Positions 1-7,972 of a stretch of DNA of 37,919 nucleotides are shown piece by piece. The translations under genes were made by a program, and so were the position numbers. Under the pieces are notes generated by a model, which was not told the DNA's origin, made no database searches, and saw only the letters and a program-made list of their open reading frames with translations. The stretch is from assembly GCA_027021705.1 (NCBI GenBank), contig JALUTT010000088.1, positions 1 through 37,919 of the forward strand, given 5' to 3'. Numbering within the stretch: position 1 is the stretch's first letter; the number at the start of each line of letters is the position of its first letter. The stretch comes from Anaerolineae bacterium (lineage in GTDB: Bacteria > Chloroflexota > Anaerolineae > S140-20).

Positions 1-395
1 GGCTTTCGATTAGCCGCTTTTGCAGTCGTGCCCCCCCATCCGCCGACGGCCATCCGCTCCAAATCCGCTCAATCCGTTCCCCCATCCGCTGACAGCCATC
101 CGCTCTAAATCCGCTCAATCCGTTCCCGAATCCGCTGACAGCTATCCGCTGACAGCCATCCGCTCCGGCCCCGGTGGGGAACACGAAGGACACCAAGAGC
201 TCAAAGGACACAAAGCGGTACGAAAACCCGGCTTTCGATTAGCCGCTTTTGCAGTCGTGCCCCCCCATCCGCCGACGGCCATCCGCTCCAAATCCGCTCA
301 ATCCGTTCCCCCATCCGCTGACAGCCATCCGCTCTAAATCCGCTCAATCCGTTCCCCCATCCGCTGACAGCTATCCGCTGACAGCCATCCGCTCC
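1..395. repeat. 229-bp-period tandem duplication built from ATCCGCTC/ATCCGTTC-type short repeats plus a CACGAAG/CACAAAG nonamer block (~180-215)
   Basis: 1-166 recurs at 230-395 with about 2 mismatches; may continue left of the window. Confidence 0.9.
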
Positions 396-398
396 AAC

Positions 399-3300
399 TT
401 AGAGGTCGGAGCGGCGGGGGGAGCCGTAGGTGCGGACGGTGTGCCCCTGGCGACGGAGGGCCGCCAGGTCGGCCCGGATGGTGCGGGGGGAGACCTCCAA
501 AGCGCCGGCCAGATCGGCAACGGTGGGGAGCCCACCGGCTGCCTCCGCCTCGGCCAGCAGGCGCAGGAGACGATGCCGGCGCAACGCCACCCTCCCCCCC
601 TGCTCCGCCACGGCCTCGTCCGCCTCGCCCGCGTCCACCGTCCAGACAACGGCGACTTTCTCCTCGGGGGGAACCCGGCGTCGGACCGGCGCGTCGGATC
701 GAGGCAGGTAGACGAGCAACTGCCCCGGCGGCGGCTGGCAGGCCATCGCCTCAGCAATGGCCCGGTGAAGACGGAGGCCGGTGCGATAGGTCTCCCGCCA
801 AGCCGGATCGCCAATGCGCTCGGCCCGCTGGGCGATGATCTCGGCCGCCTCCTCCAGGGCCACCCGGGCTGCCGCCCAGTGGTGCGTTCCTGTGGCTATG
901 CGAAAACAGTTGTAGTAAACCTCCGGACACCGCTCCGCCCCCGACCACGCCGCCCGCACCCTCGCCATCACCTCCTCGCTGTGCCGCCACGCCGCCGCCC
1001 CCTCCCCCAACGCCAGCTCCGCCAACGCCAAATAGGAAAGGACGATGACCGCATCGTCCACCTCCCCCAGCCGGCGGTGCAGCCGATAGGCCACCTCCAG
1101 GTGCGCCCGCGCCTCTTGCGGATCCCCTTGCAACAACGCCACCTCCCCCAACACGCTCCGGGTGTGCGCCTCCCAGAAACCATCCCGAACCTCCTGGAAG
1201 ATCGCCAATGCCCTCTGCAGGTGATCCCGGGCGGTCTCCAGGTCGTCCCGCTGGATGGCGACGTAGGCCAGGCGGACCCGGACGACCGCCCGACGCCGTT
1301 TCTGGCCGCTCTGCTCCGCCAGGTGGAGGGCCTGACGCAGATAGGGTTCGGCCGCTTCCACGTCGCCCAGGTCAATGTAGCCCAGCCCCACGGCCGCGAG
1401 GGTGTAGCTGATCAGCCGCTGGTCCCTCGTCGCCTTCGCCAGCGCCAAGCTGCGCCGGCAGTACTCCAAGCTCAGGAAGAGATCGCCTTCGTACTGGGCC
1501 ACGTGGGCCAGCCCCATCAGGCACTCGATCTGGCCCTTCAGGTCCCCTACCACCTCCAGGATGGGCAGGGCTTCCTGGAGGTAGCCCCGAGCCCGGAGGC
1601 AGTCGGTGTAGAGCAAGTTGCGGCCGAGCTGGCTGAGCAACCGAGCCCGAGCCCGGTCGTTCCCTAGCCGACGGTAGATCTCCAGTGCGGCCTGGGCATC
1701 TTCGTTGGCCGCCTCGTAGCGTCCCTGGAGACGGTGCCACTCGCTCCGCAGGTGGAGGGCTCGGGCCAGCCGGGCCTCATCGGTGAGGAGGCGGGCCAGC
1801 CGGACCATCTCCTCCAAATCCCGCCCTTGGGCCTCCCGGTCGCCGACCCAGCCCAGGAGCTCGGCCCGGTCGCTCAGCACCCCGTAGCGGAGCGGGCGAT
1901 CCTCGGGGCGGGTCAGCAGCGCCAGGAGCCGGTCGTAGCAGGCCAGCGCCGTCTCGTGGGCGAAGACCCGGCGGGCCTGCTCGGCGGCGCGGGTCAGGTA
2001 GCGGACGGCCAATTCCCGCTCCCCGGCGGCAGCGAAGTGGTGGGCCAGCGCCTCGAAGTGGTCGGGGAAGAGGCGTTCCATCGCCAAGGCCACCCGACGG
2101 TGCAGGCGACGCCGCTCCTGCGGAGGGAGTCGGTGGTAGGCCGCCTGCCGTACCCGGTCGTGGCTGAAGCGGTAGCCGCGCTCCGTCTCCACCAGGAGCC
2201 CTAAGCGGAGCAGTTCGTCGCTGGCCACCAGGTAGGGGTCGAGGGGGGACGGGTCGGACCCGGAGTCGGGGAAGGTGCAGACCTGGGCCAGCAGGTCGAA
2301 GTCCACCTCGGTGCCGATGGTGGCGGCTGCGGCCAGGAGCGCCTCGGCGTGAGGGGAGAGGCCGGCCAGACGATGGCCGATGATGGTCTCGCCCCGATGG
2401 GAGGCGGGCAAAAGCGCCTCTCCCTCCCGCCAGCGCCAGGTCCCATGCCGGGTCGGCCGCAGGACCCCCTCATCGCGCCACGCCTTCAAGGTCTCCACCA
2501 GGTAGAGGGGAACCCCCTCGCTCTCCCGCGTCAGGTGATCTCTCAGCGTGGGGCAGTCCCGGCCCAGGAGACAGCGAACCAGGTAGCCGATGGCCTTGGC
2601 ATCCAACCGGCCCAGCCGGTATCGAGGGAGCGGCCCGGCCCGATCCAGCGCCTGAAGCGCATTCCAGACGGAGGGATGGGTCCGCAGTTCGGCGCTGCGA
2701 CTGGTGAGCAGCCAGAGCGCCCGGCTCTCGCCCAGGCGGGCGCTCAGGGGAGGCAACAGCGCCAGGGTCTCGGCATCGGCCCACTGGAGGTCCTCCAGCA
2801 CCCAGAGGTGGGGGGCGATGCGGGTCAGGCCGAGGAAGAGGGCGACGAGGGCCTGTTGGAGGCGCTCCTGGGCCTGGCGCGGGGGGAGGTGGGGGAGGGA
2901 TGGGAGATCGGGCAGGAGGCGACCGATGGCGGGGAAGAGCAGCGTCGCCGCCTGCAGGTGCTCCGGCTCCACCAGGCGGGCCAACTGCCGGATGCGCAGG
3001 GGGGTCAGGGCCGGGGTCAGGAGGGCCAGCGTCAGGGCGTAGGGGCTCTGGCCCGCCTCCTTCGCGTGGGCCAGGAGGACCTGGACGTTGCGCCACCGGG
3101 CCCCGGCCACCACCTCCTCGGCCAGGCGGCTCTTGCCGATGCCCGGCTCTCCCTCCACCAAAACGACGCCCCCCCGTCCGGTGATGGCCGCCTCCAAGTG
3201 ACCCAGCAGCGCAGCCCGCTCGGCGTCGCGGCCCACCAGCGGGGGGGCGTCCAGGTCTACGGGAGCGTAAGCCGCCGGAGGGGGCAGGTAGACCTCCGGC

Positions 3301-4022
3301 ACCGCCTCCGCCGAAGGGGAGGGTGACCGACGGCGCAGGGCCTGGTAGAGGGCCTGGGTCTCCGGGGCGGGGGCCACCCCCACCTCCTCCTGGAGGACCT
3401 GCCGGCAGCGGTGGTACTGGGCGATCGCCTCGGCGTCCCGGCCCAGGAGGTGGTAGAGGCGCATCAGCTCCCGGTGGGCCGCCTCGTACAGTGGTTCGGC
3501 GGCGACGAGGCGTCGGGCGACGGCCAGGGCGCTCTCGTAGTCGCCCGCCTGCTTGTGCAGGTCCAGCAGGCGGCCCAAGGACTGCAGGTAGAGGTCGCGC
3601 AGCCGCTCCCGCTCCAGGAGCACCCAATCGTGGTAGAGGCCCTCCAGGAAGGGGCCGTCGTAGAGTTCGACGGCTGCGGCCAGGGCGCGGGGATCAGGGG
3701 GTCGGCGGGTGACGGCCTGCTCGAAGATTTCCACGTCGAGCCAGGCGGGGAGATCGGCGTTGAACCAGAGCCGCTCCGCGTCGGCCATCACCTGGTCGCC
3801 GAGGACCCGGCGGACGCGCCAGAGGGTGTCGGAGAGGCGGCGGAGCGCCTTCTCCTCGGGTAGATCGGGCCAGAGGAGGCCAGCCAGGACAGGCCGGGGA
3901 TGGGCGCGGCGGCGAAAGGTGAGGAGGTAGGCCAGCAGATCGCGGGCCTTCCGGGTGGGCAGGAGGAGAGGCTGCCCCTCGTGCTCGATTCGCAGGCCAC
4001 CGAAGGTGTAGAAGCGCAACAT
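399..4022 (-). CDS. SARP/BTAD-domain STAND ATPase-TPR transcriptional regulator with C-terminal DUF1670-like HTH
   Basis: Start at MLRFYTFGG (ATG 4022); wHTH/BTAD motifs (LLAYLL..R..LAGLLWPD, YDGPFLEG, EAAHRELMRLY); Walker A GEPGIGKS; Walker B VLEDLQWAD; TPRs; C-terminal PTVADLAGALEVSPRTIRADL. Confidence 0.88.
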   Translation of the reverse strand: MLRFYTFGGLRIEHEGQPLLLPTRKARDLLAYLLTFRRRAHPRPVLAGLLWPDLPEEKALRRLSDTLWRVRRVLGDQVMADAERLWFNADLPAWLDVEIFEQAVTRRPPDPRALAAAVELYDGPFLEGLYHDWVLLERERLRDLYLQSLGRLLDLHKQAGDYESALAVARRLVAAEPLYEAAHRELMRLYHLLGRDAEAIAQYHRCRQVLQEEVGVAPAPETQALYQALRRRSPSPSAEAVPEVYLPPPAAYAPVDLDAPPLVGRDAERAALLGHLEAAITGRGGVVLVEGEPGIGKSRLAEEVVAGARWRNVQVLLAHAKEAGQSPYALTLALLTPALTPLRIRQLARLVEPEHLQAATLLFPAIGRLLPDLPSLPHLPPRQAQERLQQALVALFLGLTRIAPHLWVLEDLQWADAETLALLPPLSARLGESRALWLLTSRSAELRTHPSVWNALQALDRAGPLPRYRLGRLDAKAIGYLVRCLLGRDCPTLRDHLTRESEGVPLYLVETLKAWRDEGVLRPTRHGTWRWREGEALLPASHRGETIIGHRLAGLSPHAEALLAAAATIGTEVDFDLLAQVCTFPDSGSDPSPLDPYLVASDELLRLGLLVETERGYRFSHDRVRQAAYHRLPPQERRRLHRRVALAMERLFPDHFEALAHHFAAAGERELAVRYLTRAAEQARRVFAHETALACYDRLLALLTRPEDRPLRYGVLSDRAELLGWVGDREAQGRDLEEMVRLARLLTDEARLARALHLRSEWHRLQGRYEAANEDAQAALEIYRRLGNDRARARLLSQLGRNLLYTDCLRARGYLQEALPILEVVGDLKGQIECLMGLAHVAQYEGDLFLSLEYCRRSLALAKATRDQRLISYTLAAVGLGYIDLGDVEAAEPYLRQALHLAEQSGQKRRRAVVRVRLAYVAIQRDDLETARDHLQRALAIFQEVRDGFWEAHTRSVLGEVALLQGDPQEARAHLEVAYRLHRRLGEVDDAVIVLSYLALAELALGEGAAAWRHSEEVMARVRAAWSGAERCPEVYYNCFRIATGTHHWAAARVALEEAAEIIAQRAERIGDPAWRETYRTGLRLHRAIAEAMACQPPPGQLLVYLPRSDAPVRRRVPPEEKVAVVWTVDAGEADEAVAEQGGRVALRRHRLLRLLAEAEAAGGLPTVADLAGALEVSPRTIRADLAALRRQGHTVRTYGSPRRSDL

Positions 4023-4078
4023 CGTTGGGGATGGAGAACCCCGGCGGGGCGGAGACCCGAGCGGCACACCTTGCCGAT

Positions 4079-4107
4079 AGTATAGCACAGATTTTCTTGG
4101 GGGACAA
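4079..4107 (-). promoter_or_regulatory. sigma70-type promoter for the SARP gene
   Basis: TTGTCC-17-TATACT on the minus strand, with TG extension. Confidence 0.55.
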
Positions 4108-4145
4108 TCACCCATCGCCCGGCCCAGCCCGGACGCGGCGGGCTC

Positions 4146-4174
4146 TTGCCTTGCCCCCTGCTTTGCGGTACAAT
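4146..4174 (+). promoter_or_regulatory. sigma70-type promoter for the ATPase-TPR operon
   Basis: TTGCCT-17-TACAAT. Confidence 0.55.
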
Positions 4175-4218
4175 CTGACCATCGGGTTCGTCCGTAGTCC
4201 TCACCCCGGAGGCTGCCG

Positions 4219-5532
4219 ATGAGCTATCCCGCTCGAACCGTTGACGATACCTACCACGCTTGCCATCCTGAACTCCCTCTAGAGCCGGGTGATCCTCGCT
4301 ACGTTCCTCTGACCCCGGTCCGTGGCGGATTCGACCTTTCCATCGTCGTGGCCCAGTGCATCCGGCGCACCCGCCCTCCCGCCTTTCACCGTCAGTTGGT
4401 CACAGGTCATCGGGGATCCGGCAAGTCCACAGAGCTCAAACATCTCCAAGCACGCCTACGGGAGGCCGGATACTTCGCAGTTTACCTGGACGTCGAGGCC
4501 GTTTTAGACCTGGGTGACATCACCTACCTGGACGTGTTGGTAGCCATCGCCCGCGCTCTGAACGATGCCATCCGCGCCGAGAAGATACGCCTCTCCCGTA
4601 GGCTACTGGAGGACCTGGACCGCTGGTTTGCCGAAACGGTGCTGACGGAGGAGCAGCGACGGGATGTCACCGGTAGCCTCAAGGCAGAGTTCGGTGTCGG
4701 GCCCAAGGTGCCTCTCCTGACTCGAATGCTGGTCGCGATCACCGGCCAATTTCAGAGCGGCAGTTCCCGCCGCGTGGAGATCCGCCGCACCCTCGAGCGA
4801 GAGCTGAGCGTCTTCCTCCAGCGCCTCAACGACCTGATTAGCGACGCTCGCACCCGGTTGGCACGCAAGGGCTGGAAGGACCTGGTCATCATCGTGGACG
4901 GGTTGGAGAAGATGCATTACGCTGTGCTGCCCGACGGTCAGAGCACCCATTCGGCTTTCTTCGTTGCCCACGCTGAACAATTGAAGTCTCCCTGCTGTCA
5001 CATCGTTTACACCGTTCCCATCTCCCTCGTCTTCAACGTCAACCTGGGAGACGCCTTCCCCGATCCTACCGTTGTCATCCCGATGGTCAAGCTAACCGAG
5101 GAGGATGGCTTCACGCCCTATGAGGAAGGACGGCAGGCCCTTTTCGAGATGATACGTCGGCGAGTGGACGTGGAAGCGGTCTTTGAGGACCCCGACACGA
5201 TTTGGCAGTTGATCGAAGCCAGCGGTGGTTCCGTGCGTGATCTGATGCGCCTCGTCCGCCTGGCCTGCTATGGGGCTACGGAGCGCATCACGCCGGCCCA
5301 CGTGAAACAAGCCATTCGCTCCCTGATCCTGGAGTACGACCGATTGCTGAAGGAGGAGTATCTGGACCGGCTGCGGCAAGTGGCCGAGCAGCGCTATCTG
5401 CCTCAGGATGAACTTTCAGCCCAGCTCTTGCACCATCGCTTGGTGCTGGAGTACGTCAACGACGAGCGGTGGGCCGACCTCCATCCGGCGGTACGACGCA
5501 GTCCTCGCCTGCGGAGAATCGCGAGGGGATGA
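4219..5532 (+). CDS. P-loop/AAA ATPase (STAND/KAP-like)
   Basis: Walker A GHRGSGKST, Walker B LVIIVDGLEK, SGGSVRDLMRL; ATGA overlap with next gene. Confidence 0.85.
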   Translation: MSYPARTVDDTYHACHPELPLEPGDPRYVPLTPVRGGFDLSIVVAQCIRRTRPPAFHRQLVTGHRGSGKSTELKHLQARLREAGYFAVYLDVEAVLDLGDITYLDVLVAIARALNDAIRAEKIRLSRRLLEDLDRWFAETVLTEEQRRDVTGSLKAEFGVGPKVPLLTRMLVAITGQFQSGSSRRVEIRRTLERELSVFLQRLNDLISDARTRLARKGWKDLVIIVDGLEKMHYAVLPDGQSTHSAFFVAHAEQLKSPCCHIVYTVPISLVFNVNLGDAFPDPTVVIPMVKLTEEDGFTPYEEGRQALFEMIRRRVDVEAVFEDPDTIWQLIEASGGSVRDLMRLVRLACYGATERITPAHVKQAIRSLILEYDRLLKEEYLDRLRQVAEQRYLPQDELSAQLLHHRLVLEYVNDERWADLHPAVRRSPRLRRIARG

Positions 5533-7796
5533 CGGTGTTGGGACAAGCCGAGGCTCTGGCGGAAACCACCGGCGTAGAAATTGCCGACCTAGACCGACTG
5601 GTTCACGCCCTTCATCTAGCACGCGGGTTCGCTCTCTTCTTTGCCCGCTGCAACGTGCCCCCTTTCCGACGGTGGCTGGTTAAAGCGCTGGACCGGAGGA
5701 TCGAGCGCCCCATCGTCGAAGTGGACCTGCCCGCCGAGGGGGACCCCCTGCTCCCGATCGCCCGGGAGGCCGAAAAAGCACCTGACGATGCTATTCTCTT
5801 CATCTACGGATTGGAGCGGATGCTCCCTTCCTATGATCCCGACCGTTGTCAGGCGACGTTGAACCGTCTCAACTGGCGTCGGACGGCCTATCGTCGGCTG
5901 GGACGGCCTCTCGTCTTTTGGTTACCGGAGTACGCGCTGATCCAGGTAGCCCAGGGAGCTCCCGACTTCTTCGACTGGAACAGTGGCATCTTCGAGTTCA
6001 GCGTGTCGGAGGCAGTGCGCCCTGTGCTGCTCAGTAAAAGCGTGGACCTGGAGGAGGGTGGGCTATCTCGGCTCGATACGTCGCAGAAGCGTGAGCGCAT
6101 CGCCTTGCTGGAGGCGCTGTGGGAGGAGTATGGGGAAGAGGGAGAAGTCGAGCAACAGACCCGGCTGCGCGTTGCCCGTGAGCTAGGGGAGCTCTACGTC
6201 CATCTAGGCGCGTATGAGGAGGCACGCCGCTGGCTGGAGGAGGGGGCGCACATCGCCGAGAGAATGGGCAGCCAGCGGGACCTGGTTGCTCTCCTCCATC
6301 AGATGGCCGGCATCCTCGCCCAGCAGGGCGACCTGGAGGGGGCGATGGGCCTCTACCGGGAGGCGCTGGAAATCTTCGAACGCCTGGGGGACCAACGGGG
6401 CCGGAGCGCCACCCTCCACGAGATGGCCGGTATCCTCGCCCGGCGGGGCGACCTGGAGGGGGCGATGGGCCTCTACCGGGAGGCGCTGGAAATCTTCGAA
6501 CGCCTGGGGGACCAACAGGGGCTGGCCACCACCCTCCACGAGATGGCTTACATCCTGCGGGTGCGGGGCGACCTGGAGGAGGCGATGCGCCTCTACCAGG
6601 AGGCGCTGGAAATCTTCGAACGCCTGGGCGACCAACGGGGCCGGAGCGCCACCCTCCAAGCGATGGCCGGCATCCTCGCCCAGCAGGGCGACCTGGAGGG
6701 GGCGATGCGCCTCTACCGGGAGGTGCTGGAAATCTTCGAACGCCTGGGCGACCAACAGGGGCTGGCCGCCACCCTCCAAGCGATGGCCGGCATCCTCGCC
6801 CAGCAGGGCGACCTGGAGGGAGCGATGCGCCTCTACCGGGAGGCGCTGGAAATCTTCGAACGCCTGGGCGACCAACGGGGCCGGAGCGCCACCCTCCAAG
6901 CGATGGCCGGCATCCTCGCCCAGCAGGGCGACCTGGAGGGGGCGATGCGCCTCTACCGGGAGGTGCTGGAAATCTTCGAACGCCTGGGCGACCAACAGGG
7001 GCTGGCCGCCACCCTCCAAGCGATGGCCGGCATCCTCGCCCAGCAGGGCGACCTGGAGGGAGCGATGCGCCTCTACCGGGAGGCGCTGGAGACTCTAGAG
7101 CGCCTGGGCGACCAACGGGGCCGGAGCGCCACCCTCCAAGCGATGGCCGGCATCCTCGCCCAGCAGGGCGACCTGGAGGGAGCGATGCGCCTCTACCGGG
7201 AGGCGCTGGAGACCCTGGAGCACCTGAGGGACCAACAGGATCTGGCCGCCACCCTCCACGAACTGGGCCGCCTCGCCCAGGCCACCGGCGACTACACCCA
7301 GGCCCGCCGTTTCTACCAAGAAAGTGCCGAGATCGCCCAGCGCCTGGGCGACCAACAGGGGCTGGCCCGAACCCTCCACCAGATGGCTACCCTCGCCCAG
7401 GCCACCGGCGACTATGCCCAGGCCCGCCGCCTCTACCAAGAAAGCGCCGAGATCGCCCAGCGCCTGGGCGACCAACGGGGGCTGGCCGCCACCCTCCACC
7501 AAATGGCTACCCTCGCCCAGGCCACCGGCGACTACGCCCAAGCCCGCCGCCTCTACCAAGAAAGCCAACAGATCTTCGAGCGCCTGGGCGACATCGTCGG
7601 CCTCAGCTTCACCCTCTACAACCTCTCCACCTTGGCGGAGGCCGAGGGAAATCTGGATGAAGCCATCGCCCTGATGGAAAGGGTGATCGCCATTGACCGG
7701 CAGGTTGGCTACCCTGACCTGAAGAGCGACACCCAACGGCTGGAGGCCCTGCGACGACGGCGCGAGGAGGCTGTGAGGAAGGTATTGGGGGAATGA
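5529..7796 (+). CDS. TPR protein with N-terminal degenerate NTPase-like region, translationally coupled to the ATPase
   Basis: ATG 5529 overlaps upstream TGA; 11 near-identical 40-aa TPR units; no intact Walker A in the N-terminal region. Confidence 0.85.
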   Translation: MTVLGQAEALAETTGVEIADLDRLVHALHLARGFALFFARCNVPPFRRWLVKALDRRIERPIVEVDLPAEGDPLLPIAREAEKAPDDAILFIYGLERMLPSYDPDRCQATLNRLNWRRTAYRRLGRPLVFWLPEYALIQVAQGAPDFFDWNSGIFEFSVSEAVRPVLLSKSVDLEEGGLSRLDTSQKRERIALLEALWEEYGEEGEVEQQTRLRVARELGELYVHLGAYEEARRWLEEGAHIAERMGSQRDLVALLHQMAGILAQQGDLEGAMGLYREALEIFERLGDQRGRSATLHEMAGILARRGDLEGAMGLYREALEIFERLGDQQGLATTLHEMAYILRVRGDLEEAMRLYQEALEIFERLGDQRGRSATLQAMAGILAQQGDLEGAMRLYREVLEIFERLGDQQGLAATLQAMAGILAQQGDLEGAMRLYREALEIFERLGDQRGRSATLQAMAGILAQQGDLEGAMRLYREVLEIFERLGDQQGLAATLQAMAGILAQQGDLEGAMRLYREALETLERLGDQRGRSATLQAMAGILAQQGDLEGAMRLYREALETLEHLRDQQDLAATLHELGRLAQATGDYTQARRFYQESAEIAQRLGDQQGLARTLHQMATLAQATGDYAQARRLYQESAEIAQRLGDQRGLAATLHQMATLAQATGDYAQARRLYQESQQIFERLGDIVGLSFTLYNLSTLAEAEGNLDEAIALMERVIAIDRQVGYPDLKSDTQRLEALRRRREEAVRKVLGE
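6294..7592 (+). repeat. 120-bp coding tandem repeats (8 type A + 3 type B) with a 240-bp higher-order period
   Basis: Lines at 6661/6901, 6721/6961 and 6781/7021 are identical. Confidence 0.95.
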
Positions 7797-7810
7797 TCGG
7801 TGGGCGAGGG

Positions 7811-7972
7811 GGGAGGAGGCACCGAGGGCCGAGGCACTGAGGGGCGAGGGGCGAGGGGCAAGCGGCCTAGCGGCCGGCGGCCTAGCAGCGGACTGAGGAC
7901 CGTGGACTGAGGACCGAGGACTATGGACCGAGGACTGAGGACTATGGACCGTGGACCGAGGACTGAGGACCA
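7811..7972 (+). repeat. Composite short-repeat cassette (GGGGCGA, TAGCGGC, GGACTGA/GGACCGA/GGACTAT blocks)
   Basis: Heptamer blocks read directly; 7811-7909 recurs at 12724-12822. Confidence 0.9.
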
